Below the pieces are notes generated by a model. That model did not search any database. It worked only from the letters and a program-made list of their open reading frames with translations, and was not told where the DNA came from. A stretch of DNA of 37,697 bases from Candidatus Eiseniibacteriota bacterium (GTDB lineage: Bacteria > Eisenbacteria > RBG-16-71-46 > DASYSL01), in the NCBI GenBank assembly GCA_031431875.1, contig JANPEF010000116.1:1-37697 (forward strand), written 5' to 3'. Positions 26,058 through 35,003 of the stretch are shown here, one piece after another; positions within the stretch are counted from its first letter, which is position 1; the number at the start of each line of letters is the position of its first letter. Made by a program: the position numbers and the translations under genes.

Positions 26058-27962
26058 ATGTCCGACGATCGCAAGAAGCCGCTCAAGCTGCCGAACACGC
26101 CGATCAACGGCTTCGGCGCGCCGCTGGAGGATTCCTCCGGCGACGCCGATGCCACGCCGCGCGCGGGCGGCACGGTCGCGGGCACGCCGCTGTCCGGCGG
26201 CGGCGGCGGCTTCGACCTGTTCGCCGAGGAGCAGCGCGAGCAGCAGAACCTGACGCGCCTGCGCGACCTCATGCGCGTGCTCGTGCGCGCGCTCAAGGCC
26301 AAGCGCATGTATCCCGCGAACAATCCGCTCCTCCAGCGGATCCTCGGCGAGGCCACGCTCGCCATGACCGAGACGCTCGAGGCGCTCGGCGACATCAACC
26401 TCCAGGTGCAGCAGTACGACCTCCTCTTCCTCGGGCAGAGCATCTACAGCAATCCGAGCAAGAAGGAGTCGATCGCATTTCGTTTTTCCAAGGACGGCAT
26501 CACCGAGCTGGTCTTCCAGGAGGGCCTGCCGCCCGACGAGCTCGAGGACTTCCTCACCGTGATGGGCACGGCGCTCGAGTCCTCCGCGCTCGACGACGAC
26601 CTGGTGACGCTGCTCTGGGAGCAGGAGTTCGCGCACATCTCCTACGCCTACCTGGCGATCGACGACCTGCACGAGAGCGGCGCCGCGCTCGCCGCCGATC
26701 CGTCGCTCGGAACGAGCTGGCCCGAGGCTTCGGTCGACGAGGACCTGTCGCGCGACGAAGTCACCGGCGTGCCGTGGACCGAACACCACGGCTGGACCGA
26801 GGGCGACGGCGGTTCCGGCCACCGCGCCGACGACTGGAACGAGCTCGTGCCGGTGGCGCGGGTCGAGGAACGCTGCTCGAATGACTTCCTCCACCTCACG
26901 TCGCAGGAGATCGAGGCGCTGGCCGAGGAGATTCATCGCGAACACTCGCGCTCGCTGCACGACGTCGTGCTCGAGATCCTGACCGAGGTCGCCGAGGACG
27001 AGCCCACGCCCGAGGCGTTCGCCGACCTCGCGCGCGCCTTCGCCGACCTGCTCGTCGTCGTCGTGCAGGAGGCCGACCTGCGCCACGCGGTCGAGATCGC
27101 GGCCACCCTGAAGACGCTGTCAGCCAGCCGCGGCCACGATCCCACGGCGTTCCTGCCCGATCCGCGCGACCTCATGGCACAGGCGGTGAGTGCGATCGGT
27201 CGCCATCCCGAGGCGGACACGAGCCTGCTGCCCGAGTTCCTCGTCCATCTCGGGCCGCGGGCGATCGACCCGGTGTGCGACCTCCTCGTCGACGTCGACC
27301 TGCACGCGCTGCACGGAGCGCTGCAGAAGGCGCTGGTCGAGCTGGCCAAGCAGGACCTGCGGGCGGTGTGCGCGCGAGTCGAGCTCGCGCCGCCGCATGC
27401 GGCGCGCGCGCTGGTGCAGGTGCTGTCCCAGGTCGGCGGGCCCGACGCCGAGCAGGCGCTGGGGCAGGCCACCGCGCACCCCGAGGCGCGCGTGCGCAAG
27501 GAGGCGATCGCCGCCCTGGCGCAGACGACCCGCGGCGCGACGCGACCCTACCTGCTGCGCGCACTCGACGACGACGATCCCCAGGTGCGCGCCGCTGCGT
27601 TGTTCGGTGTCCGGGAGTCCTTCGGCCAGGTCGACGAGAACCAGGCGCTCGCCGAGCGGCTGCTCGCCGTGCTCGGCGGCCCGCGCTTCGCCGACCAGTC
27701 GACGGTCGAGCGCGGCGCCTACTTCGATGCGCTGGTCGCGCTCGGCGGACCGACGGTCATCGCCACGCTCGAAGCGTGGCTCGGCCTGTGGAGCCTGGGC
27801 GGCGGCAGCGACCTCAAGGCGCGGCGCGAACTTGCGGCGGGCGCGCTGTCGCGCATCGACGATTCCGCCGCGCAAGCGGCGCTCAGGAAGGCAGCGAACA
27901 GCCTGATCCCCGGCGTGCGCGGCGCGGGCCGGCGGGCGCTCAACACCGAGAGGGCCGCATGA
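26058..27962 (+). CDS. HEAT-repeat domain protein
   Basis: HPEARVRKEAIAAL and DDDPQVRAAAL repeats, with a GGAGG SD. Confidence 0.88.
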   Translation: MSDDRKKPLKLPNTPINGFGAPLEDSSGDADATPRAGGTVAGTPLSGGGGGFDLFAEEQREQQNLTRLRDLMRVLVRALKAKRMYPANNPLLQRILGEATLAMTETLEALGDINLQVQQYDLLFLGQSIYSNPSKKESIAFRFSKDGITELVFQEGLPPDELEDFLTVMGTALESSALDDDLVTLLWEQEFAHISYAYLAIDDLHESGAALAADPSLGTSWPEASVDEDLSRDEVTGVPWTEHHGWTEGDGGSGHRADDWNELVPVARVEERCSNDFLHLTSQEIEALAEEIHREHSRSLHDVVLEILTEVAEDEPTPEAFADLARAFADLLVVVVQEADLRHAVEIAATLKTLSASRGHDPTAFLPDPRDLMAQAVSAIGRHPEADTSLLPEFLVHLGPRAIDPVCDLLVDVDLHALHGALQKALVELAKQDLRAVCARVELAPPHAARALVQVLSQVGGPDAEQALGQATAHPEARVRKEAIAALAQTTRGATRPYLLRALDDDDPQVRAAALFGVRESFGQVDENQALAERLLAVLGGPRFADQSTVERGAYFDALVALGGPTVIATLEAWLGLWSLGGGSDLKARRELAAGALSRIDDSAAQAALRKAANSLIPGVRGAGRRALNTERAA

Positions 27963-29446
27963 TCCCCGGATTCGAAGGCAACGCTTCGCGTGATCTGTCG
28001 CGCGACACCAACGACGACGCCTACGCCTCGCGCGTGACCGTGGCCGGCCGCGCGCTGGCCGCCAACCTGTCGGTGTTCTGGAAGACGGCGCGCCTGTACG
28101 ACGCACGCAATGTCGCCTACAGCCAGTCGCTGCAGAACCTGCAGGATTCGCTGCAGCAGTTGCTGTCGCTGGGCTCGGACTTCGTGCTGCAGGTGGTCGG
28201 AGACTGCCTGTACATCAACGACCAGCGCCTGCGCGTCGACGTCGTCGGCTACGCGTCGCACCAGTTCATCGTCGACGAACTCGCTCGCCGCAAGGTGGGC
28301 GGTCTGCGGTTTTCAGGTGGGGTCGAGCGCAGCGAGCTGCAGGCGTTCACGCGTGTGTTCCTCGGCGAGTCGGCACAGAACCCGCCCGACTTCGACAGCA
28401 TCGTCGAGCAGTGCGAGACGCAGGGCATCAGCAAGATCCAGCCGGTGCGCGAACTCATCCTGCCGCCGACCGATCCGAGCGAGACCGAGACGCAGGGCCG
28501 GCGCATGGTGGCGAAGAAGACCTTCTTCCGCGCCATCCAGTCGACCAAGAACGTGATGCTGTCGGCGCGGCGCGGCAAGGCCGTCGACCTGCGCCAGGCC
28601 AAGCGCGCGGTGCAGTCGATCGTCGACCTGATCCTGTCGCAGGAGCTGTCGCTCATGGGCATGACGACGCTCAAGGACTACGACGAGTACACCTACCAGC
28701 ACTGCGTCAACGTCGCCATCCTGTCGATCGCCGTGGGCCACCGCCTGGGCCTGACCAAGCAGCAGTTGTCGCAGCTCGGCGTGTCGGGCCTGTTCCACGA
28801 CATCGGCAAGGTCGTCATCCCGAACGAGATCCTGGCCAAGCCCGGCCGGCTCTCGCCCGAGGAGTGGGCGAAGATGCAGAGCCACCCGATCGAGGGTGTG
28901 AAGATCATCACCCGGTTGCACGGCCTGTCGCCGCTGGCCATGCGCGCGATCGCTGTCGCCTACGAGCACCACATGAACATCGACCTGTCGGGCTACCCGC
29001 AGGTCAAGCGCCCGCGCGTGCAGAACCTGATGAGCCGCATCGTTGCCATCTGCGACTGCTTCGACGCCATGACCGCGCACCGCTCGTACCAGAAGCACCC
29101 GTTCACGCCGTACGAGGCGCTGCACTACATGACGACGAAGATCCCCGAGCGCTTCGACTCGACGCTGCTCAAGGTGTTCATCCAGACGGTGGGCATCTAT
29201 CCGCCGGGCACGCTGGTGCGGCTCTCGGGCGGCGAGCTGGCGTTGTCGGTCTACCCCAACGCCGAGGACGTGACCGCGCCCGTGGTCAAGGTCCTGCGCG
29301 AGGCGTCGGGCATGCCGTGCCTCGACGGCCGCCGCATCGACCTGGCCAACCAGGGCGTCAATCGCGGCCAGCAGGGCTTCGTCACGATCACCGAGGCCGT
29401 GCACCCCGAGAACGTGGATGTGCGGCCGGAGGAGCTGGTGGAGTAG
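27959..29446 (+). CDS. HD-GYP domain protein (putative cyclic-dinucleotide phosphodiesterase)
   Basis: ATG overlaps the HEAT stop (ATGA). YDEYTYQHCVNV, FHDIGK, HP..G, EHH..DLSGYP, D.FDAMT..RSY and YPPGT.VRL motifs. Confidence 0.92.
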   Translation: MIPGFEGNASRDLSRDTNDDAYASRVTVAGRALAANLSVFWKTARLYDARNVAYSQSLQNLQDSLQQLLSLGSDFVLQVVGDCLYINDQRLRVDVVGYASHQFIVDELARRKVGGLRFSGGVERSELQAFTRVFLGESAQNPPDFDSIVEQCETQGISKIQPVRELILPPTDPSETETQGRRMVAKKTFFRAIQSTKNVMLSARRGKAVDLRQAKRAVQSIVDLILSQELSLMGMTTLKDYDEYTYQHCVNVAILSIAVGHRLGLTKQQLSQLGVSGLFHDIGKVVIPNEILAKPGRLSPEEWAKMQSHPIEGVKIITRLHGLSPLAMRAIAVAYEHHMNIDLSGYPQVKRPRVQNLMSRIVAICDCFDAMTAHRSYQKHPFTPYEALHYMTTKIPERFDSTLLKVFIQTVGIYPPGTLVRLSGGELALSVYPNAEDVTAPVVKVLREASGMPCLDGRRIDLANQGVNRGQQGFVTITEAVHPENVDVRPEELVE

Positions 29447-29611
29447 GGAGGCCCCCCCGCCTCAGGGCCCGAAGCTGCGCCGCAGCTCCGCGAACGCCGC
29501 GATCGTCCGGTCGAGGTGGATGAGCCCACTGCGCGCGTGCGCCGGGTCGGTGTGACGGGGTCGCTCGGGCAAACGGCCGCAAAGACCCGGCAGGGTGTCC
29601 GGCCGAGGTTA

Positions 29612-29648
29612 GATCACGTTCATAACCTGTACAAGATCTGTTCATTAC
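29612..29648. promoter_or_regulatory. Three tandem 11-bp direct repeats, CarH/LitR-like operator
   Basis: GTTCA (29618), GTACA (29629) and GTTCA (29640) at exact 11-bp spacing. Minus strand reads gtaaTGAACAg/atctTGTACAg/gttaTGAACGt. Confidence 0.55.
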
Positions 29649-29724
29649 CAGAAAAGCCTGTCATCCTCCGGGGGTCGGACGCAAGCCGCGCCCGCACGAC
29701 CGACTCGATCTTCCGGGAGGAATC

Positions 29725-30423
29725 ATGCGCAACTCAATCCGCACCCTGACCGCCGTCGCCCTGGTGGCGACGCTTGGCTTCGCCACCGGCTGCAGCGACG
29801 ACGACGACAATGCGGTCGCCCCCACGCCGACCGGCCGCATCATGGCGGTGCACGCCTCGCCCGATGCGCCGGCGGTGAACCTGCTGGTCGACAACACCGT
29901 CGCCGGAACCGGCCTCACCTATCCGAACAACACGGCTTACCTCACCGTCAACGCCGGCACGCGCAACATCAAGGTGAACCCGACCGCGAACCCCACCGTC
30001 TCGGTGATCGACGCCGACGTGGCCGTTGCCGCGGGCGCGAGCTACACCGTGTGGGCTGTGAACTTCCTGGCGGCCATCGAGCCGGTCGTCACCACCGACG
30101 ACCTGACGACGCCGGCGACGGGCAAGGCGCACGTGCGCTTCGTCCACCTGTCGCCCAACGCCCCGGCTGTCGACGTCGCCCTGGACGGCGGCGGCGTCGT
30201 CTTCGGCGACTACACGTTCAAGGAAGCCTCGGCGTTCACGCCGCTCGACGCCGGCACGTACGACCTCGAGGTTCGCCTGGCGGGCACGTCGACGGTCGCG
30301 CTCGACCTGGACCCGATCACCCTGCAGGCCGGGAAGATCTACACCGTGTGGGCGAAGGGTTCCGCGGCGGCGTCACCGCCCGTCGGCCAGGAGCTGGGTG
30401 CGGGAATCATCGTCAACAACTGA
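29725..30423 (+). CDS. DUF4397 domain lipoprotein
   Basis: Lipobox FATG-C and two repeats of VH(A/L)SP(D/N)APAV(N/D). GGAGG SD. Confidence 0.93.
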   Translation: MRNSIRTLTAVALVATLGFATGCSDDDDNAVAPTPTGRIMAVHASPDAPAVNLLVDNTVAGTGLTYPNNTAYLTVNAGTRNIKVNPTANPTVSVIDADVAVAAGASYTVWAVNFLAAIEPVVTTDDLTTPATGKAHVRFVHLSPNAPAVDVALDGGGVVFGDYTFKEASAFTPLDAGTYDLEVRLAGTSTVALDLDPITLQAGKIYTVWAKGSAAASPPVGQELGAGIIVNN

Positions 30424-30451
30424 CACCGCCGTGGCCCCCCGCACGGTGGAG

Positions 30452-30488
30452 CGACGCCGCCGTCGACTTCGGTCGGCGGCGGCGTTCG
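30452..30488. terminator. GC-rich hairpin between convergent genes
   Basis: ACGCCGCCGTCGAC-TTCG-GTCGGCGGCGGCGT. No U-tract. Confidence 0.5.
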
Positions 30489-30500
30489 TGCCTGGTCGCC

Positions 30501-31283
30501 TCAGCGCGGCGCCATCATCTTCACCAGGTCCTCGACCATCCACTTCGCGTCGTCGATGCGGATGAGCCCGACCATGGGCCGCTCGAGATCGCGGATCAGG
30601 AACGACATCACGGCGAGCAGGAGCGCCATCCCGTAGATATGCAGCCGGCTGGGCCGCTTGAGCTCGGCGATCGCCTCCCCGGTGAACAGCGCCGCCAGGA
30701 GCATGAGCGCGACGAGCACGCCCTCGATCGCCATCGGCGGGTGCTGCAGCATCGCGACCTGCGCGACCGTCTGCTCATCAATCATCTCGTTGAGCGCCGG
30801 CAGGAGGAGCTGGCTTGCGGGTGTAGCCGTCCCGCCGTTCGTCGCGGCGATGGCGAGCGCCCAGATGCGTTCCTGCGCGGCCGCCGCCTCCGCCAGGTGC
30901 ATGCGCACGCGCGGGATGTCGGGGATGGCCTGCACCGCCTGGCGCCGCAACGCGAGATAGCGGCGGAACTGCTCGCGGATCTCGGGCTGCGCCGCGGCCG
31001 GGAGCACGTCGATCCGCAGGTACGCCGTCCCGATGACGTTCAGCTCGTTGCCGATCTGGGCCCGCCGGGCCAGGAAGCGCTCGCCCGCCCCGTTGAAGGA
31101 GAACGCCAGCACGAGACCGAGCAGCGCGTAGACCACGCCCTCGATCACGCCCAGCCCGGTGCGGTGCGCCGCGGCATCTACGGCGATCCGGCGGGAACCG
31201 GTCCAGCGGCCGAGCCGGACGAAGAGCAGGATCGCGACGAAGATCGCGACCGACACGAGGGCGTTGAGCAGGATGAAGTTCAA
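30501..31283 (-). CDS. DUF4239 bestrophin-like membrane protein
   Basis: ALLGLVLAFSF.GA..RF..RR, E.N.IGTAYLR.D.LP, LPALNEMID and DLERP..GLI motifs. Confidence 0.85.
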   Translation of the reverse strand: MNFILLNALVSVAIFVAILLFVRLGRWTGSRRIAVDAAAHRTGLGVIEGVVYALLGLVLAFSFNGAGERFLARRAQIGNELNVIGTAYLRIDVLPAAAQPEIREQFRRYLALRRQAVQAIPDIPRVRMHLAEAAAAQERIWALAIAATNGGTATPASQLLLPALNEMIDEQTVAQVAMLQHPPMAIEGVLVALMLLAALFTGEAIAELKRPSRLHIYGMALLLAVMSFLIRDLERPMVGLIRIDDAKWMVEDLVKMMAPR

Positions 31284-31299
31284 GGGCGGGTCTCCCGGG

Positions 31300-31857
31300 T
31301 CAGATCGACGGCGGTGTCAGTCCCATCAGGCGCAGGTACAGGTTGAGCTGCGCGCGGTGATGGATCTCGTGCTCCTGAACGTGATCGAGGATCCAGTGCA
31401 CGGTCATCGTGCGCTCGACACCCTGCGGGGTCGTGCGCGTGCGCGTCTTCGCCAGCTCGCTCGCGGGCAGCCCGAACCAGCGCTGCGTGTGACGATGGGC
31501 CTCCTCGAGCCGGAACAGGAGCGCGTTGTGATCGGGCGCGTCGTACACCGTGACCCAGCCCTGCGCCGGGTCGGCGTGCGCCTCGACGTCATCGGGCAAC
31601 GCGGGCTCGCCGTCGAGGATGGTGCGCACCCACCACTGTTCGGCCTCGGCGATGTGCAGGATGTGCTGCCGCGCGGTCAGCATCGAGGGCTGCGGCTTGT
31701 ACTCGAACTGCGTGTGCGGCAGCAGGCGCACCGCATCGAGCAGGTACGGACGATACTGCGCGTCCCAGAACGGATAGAACGCCTTGATCGTGCCTTCATA
31801 GCTCGCGGCCGAAAGGCCGCGGGAGTTTTCCAAGAGTGCATCGGCAGGAGTCGGCAT
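31300..31857 (-). CDS. DinB family protein
   Basis: ILHIAEAE.WW and WILDHVQEHEIHHRAQL..YLRLMG..PP motifs. Confidence 0.9.
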   Translation of the reverse strand: MPTPADALLENSRGLSAASYEGTIKAFYPFWDAQYRPYLLDAVRLLPHTQFEYKPQPSMLTARQHILHIAEAEQWWVRTILDGEPALPDDVEAHADPAQGWVTVYDAPDHNALLFRLEEAHRHTQRWFGLPASELAKTRTRTTPQGVERTMTVHWILDHVQEHEIHHRAQLNLYLRLMGLTPPSI

Positions 31858-31890
31858 GCGCGGGATGTTCGCCGATTTCGGCGTGGCGCG

Positions 31891-34053
31891 CTAGGGGCGA
31901 GCCAGCAATCGCCCGACCACCTGGTCCACATCGGCCCACGACGGGTGGGCCGCGAGCGAGGCTGGATCGACCGCCGCCCGCGCCGCCTGCGCCCCGGCGC
32001 GATCCCCGCGCAGCGCCAGCACCAGCGCCCGGTGGATGCGCGCGCCGTCGTCGCGCCAGCCGGCGGCCTCGCCCGCGACCAGTGCCGACTCCGCGGCGGC
32101 GACCCGCCCGGCCTGTGCCTCGAGCCGCACCCGCGCACCCCACGCGTCGCCCATCGCCGGATCGATCCGCGTCGCCTCGGCGAACCGCGCGCGCGCCTCG
32201 TCCACGCGGCCGGCCTGTGCGGCGATCTGGCCGCGCCCCAGCGCGCCGGCGGCGGCGCCCTGAACCTGTCCGCCCATGGCGGCGTACTGCCTCTGTGCCT
32301 CGTCCGTGCGACCCTGGCGCGTGCGCAGCCCGGCCAGGCCCTGCATCACCTGCGCGTTGTCCGGCGCCTCGGTGAGGGCCTTCTCGTAGAAGTTCCCGGC
32401 CTCGTCGAGACGCCCCGCGCGCTCGAGTGCGATCGCGTAGTTGTGGTAGAGCGCGGCGCGTTCGAGGGCGCGCGTGGAGCCGCTACCCCGGGGGAGCGCG
32501 CCGCTGTTTTCGATCGCGAGCGCACGTTCGAACTCGGCCAGCGCCGTGGGCACGTCGCCGCGCGCGAGATAACGAAAGCCGAGGTCCGACGCGATCCCCC
32601 ATTCGAGCTTCGCCGCGCTGAGGCCCGGGGCGGGCAGGTGGACGAGCACCGCGGCGACACCGAGGCCCGCGGTCAGCGGCAGGAGCTTGCGCTTCACGCG
32701 ATAGACCGCGACCAGCGCCGTCAGCGCCAATGCCGCCAGCACGAACGCCGCTGGCAGCAGCTGATGTCGATAGCGATCGGTGACGAAGAACGGGAGGATC
32801 GCCACGGTCATGGCGATCGCGTACAGCGCGGCGAACCGCGCGGCGCGGCTGGACGTCCGCCACCGCGCAAGCACGACGCCCAGACCCAGCAGGGCGAACG
32901 GACCGAGCAATGCAAACGAGCCGGCCCACGGCAAGCCCAGCGGCCCCGCGACGCGACGGAACTCGGCCACGTTCTCGACCTGCGGCATCTCGACGCGATT
33001 CCACAGCAGGAGCAGGCGCCGCCCGGTCAGCTCGAGCGCCCGGCCCGGGTTCGCGCCGATCCACGCTCGCGCGGCGGCCGCCCAGTACGCCGAGCTCGCC
33101 GCCGGCGACAGGTCCTTGCCGGTGGTCAGGCGCAGGTACTCGCGGCCGTCGATGGTGACGCCCTCGGGCTCCTGCTGCCCGGTGACGACCTGCGTCCGGG
33201 TGACGTGGACGAACGTGCCGTTGGCCTCGGGACCGTTGCCGACTGCGAAGTTGAGGCCGCCGTTGTAGGTGAACGGGATCCACTCGCTGCCGATCGCGTA
33301 GTTGCGCACGGCAATAGGCGCGGCGATCAGCGCGAAGCCAGCCGCCAGCCAGGCCACACCGCGCCACCCCGGCGCGAGGACGAGCCCGAGAACGGGCAGG
33401 AGAACGAGCGAACTGGCGCGCCCCGCGGCGATCAACCCGACCAGCAGGCCGAGCCCCAGCAGCGCCCGCGCACCAAGGCGCCGGGCGCCCAGGGCGGCGA
33501 CCGCCCAGACGAGCAGCGCCTCCAGGAGAAAGAGCTGCGACTCCATGAGGACGAGCCCATCGAAGAACACCGCCATCTCGTAGACCGCCGCCCATAGGCC
33601 GATGACGAGCCCGATCGCCCGCGAGCCGGTGATGCGACGCGCCGCGTCCGCCAGCAGGACGACCGCGGCCGCCCCCCAGGCCGCCTGCAGGCCGAGGATG
33701 GTCGGAATCGCCTCGGTGCCGGGATCGCCGAGCGCCCCCCGGATGGCTGCGATCGTGTACGGGTAGAGCGGTCCCATGAAGAACGGGTGTTTGCCCCACC
33801 ACGTGTGCTCGAGCAGCCAGGTCGCCCAACCCCAGTAGATCTCCGAGTCGGCGACGAGACTTCCGGCCAGAACGCTGCCCCCGAGTCGGGAGAGATACCC
33901 GAGCCGCCAGGCGAGGGCCGCGAGGAAGAGGCCGCCCAGAAACCAGCGCCAGCCCCGGGGGGCTCTTGCAGAATCCACACCAGCGCGCTTCGCTTTGTCC
34001 CCTGGCGCCTTTAAATGAGAGGGTGCCGCCCCCCGACCCTTCGTCTCTGCCAT
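31891..34053 (-). CDS. GT-C fold membrane glycosyltransferase (PMT/ArnT-like) with C-terminal TPR repeats
   Basis: DSEIY..WA, FFMGPLYPY, VRNY...GG.NF..GN.P.ANG and FFVTDRYR motifs, multiple TM segments, then TPR helices. Start taken as ATG 34053. Confidence 0.85.
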   Translation of the reverse strand: MAETKGRGAAPSHLKAPGDKAKRAGVDSARAPRGWRWFLGGLFLAALAWRLGYLSRLGGSVLAGSLVADSEIYWGWATWLLEHTWWGKHPFFMGPLYPYTIAAIRGALGDPGTEAIPTILGLQAAWGAAAVVLLADAARRITGSRAIGLVIGLWAAVYEMAVFFDGLVLMESQLFLLEALLVWAVAALGARRLGARALLGLGLLVGLIAAGRASSLVLLPVLGLVLAPGWRGVAWLAAGFALIAAPIAVRNYAIGSEWIPFTYNGGLNFAVGNGPEANGTFVHVTRTQVVTGQQEPEGVTIDGREYLRLTTGKDLSPAASSAYWAAAARAWIGANPGRALELTGRRLLLLWNRVEMPQVENVAEFRRVAGPLGLPWAGSFALLGPFALLGLGVVLARWRTSSRAARFAALYAIAMTVAILPFFVTDRYRHQLLPAAFVLAALALTALVAVYRVKRKLLPLTAGLGVAAVLVHLPAPGLSAAKLEWGIASDLGFRYLARGDVPTALAEFERALAIENSGALPRGSGSTRALERAALYHNYAIALERAGRLDEAGNFYEKALTEAPDNAQVMQGLAGLRTRQGRTDEAQRQYAAMGGQVQGAAAGALGRGQIAAQAGRVDEARARFAEATRIDPAMGDAWGARVRLEAQAGRVAAAESALVAGEAAGWRDDGARIHRALVLALRGDRAGAQAARAAVDPASLAAHPSWADVDQVVGRLLARP

Positions 34054-34075
34054 GGCGCGCATTCTGGCCCGGCGC

Positions 34076-34104
34076 TTGACTAACCGCAAGATTCACCGTA
34101 CCTT
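34076..34104 (+). promoter_or_regulatory. Sigma70 promoter of the rpmH operon
   Basis: TTGACT-N17-TACCTT. Confidence 0.65.
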
Positions 34105-34147
34105 CCGGGTCTTGACTTGAACCGCCCGCACGGGCCTGGAGGTCGTC

Positions 34148-34291
34148 TTGAAGCGCACGTTCCAACCCCATAACCGTCGCCGCAGGAAGGTGCACGGTTT
34201 CCGCGCCCGCATGAAGACGGCGAATGGCCGCAAGGTCCTCGCCCGTCGGCGCGCGCAGGGGCGCAAGCGTCTGACTGTCAGCTCTCCGTAG
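34148..34291 (+). CDS. rpmH: 50S ribosomal protein L34
   Basis: Not in the track. TTG start after GGAGG gives [47 protein letters not shown]. Confidence 0.98.
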   Translation: MKRTFQPHNRRRRKVHGFRARMKTANGRKVLARRRAQGRKRLTVSSP

Positions 34292-34332
34292 TCGCGACGC
34301 TCGCCGAGTCCCTCACCATTCCGGTCGAACGA

Positions 34333-34743
34333 ATGATGGAACGCCCCGCCGATCTTCCCGGCACGCCGGGCGGGCCGATCGATTCGTTGCGCCCGGCGCG
34401 CTTCAGCCGGACCAATCGGCTGTCGCGCACGTGGCAGTACCAGCGCGCCTACCGTGACGGACGCTCGACGCGCGGCAAGTTGGTCGTGCTCTACGCACAC
34501 GCCGTGCCCGGGGAGCCGTCGCGCCTCGGCATCGTCGCCAGCAAGAAGGTGGGCGGCGCCGTCGTGCGCAATCGCACCAAGCGTCGTCTTCGCGAGGTGG
34601 GCCGCGCCCTGTGGCCGCGGGTCCATCCCGATGGCCGGCAACTGGTGATCATCGCCCTGGCATCCGCGGCCCTCGCCGAGTTCACGGACCTGGCCGCCGA
34701 CGTCGAGTCGCTGTTCGCCTCGATGGGAGCCTTCGAGTCATGA
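34333..34743 (+). CDS. rnpA: Ribonuclease P protein component
   Basis: [25 protein letters not shown] (RNR motif) and conserved gene order. Confidence 0.97.
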   Translation: MMERPADLPGTPGGPIDSLRPARFSRTNRLSRTWQYQRAYRDGRSTRGKLVVLYAHAVPGEPSRLGIVASKKVGGAVVRNRTKRRLREVGRALWPRVHPDGRQLVIIALASAALAEFTDLAADVESLFASMGAFES

Positions 34744-35000
34744 GCCGGATCCTCGTGGCCCTGGTCCGGTTCTACCGCCGGTTCGTCTCGCCACTCCTGC
34801 CGCCGTCGTGTCGCTTCACCCCCTCGTGCTCGGTCTATGCCGAGGAGGCGCTCGTCGCCCACGGCAGCATGCGTGGTCTCGGGCTCGTCGTTCGCCGTCT
34901 TGCCCGATGCCACCCCTGGGGGGGCGAGGGCTTCGATCCCGTGCCCGTGTCGCGCCCGCGCCCCGAAGCGCCCGCCCGCCCGGTCCGCAAGGAGGCCTGA
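34740..35000 (+). CDS. yidD: Membrane protein insertion efficiency factor
   Basis: [22 protein letters not shown]...HG...RCHPWGG.G.DPVP. Confidence 0.97.
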   Translation: MSRILVALVRFYRRFVSPLLPPSCRFTPSCSVYAEEALVAHGSMRGLGLVVRRLARCHPWGGEGFDPVPVSRPRPEAPARPVRKEA

Positions 35001-35003
35001 TCC

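Noticed and set aside
29566..29600. GGGCAAACGGCCGCAAAG resembling a c-di-GMP-I riboswitch next to the HD-GYP gene
   Set aside because: It lacks the P2 stem with GNRA loop and the GACGCAAA/tetraloop-receptor arrangement. The similar GGCAAA at about 431 fails for the same reason and is on the wrong strand.
31159..33597. 812-aa plus-strand ORF and many similar long antisense ORFs (for example 2660-4225, 12813-14810, 6319-7839)
   Set aside because: These are antisense or shifted shadows of well-supported genes, which is expected at this GC content. They carry no motifs.
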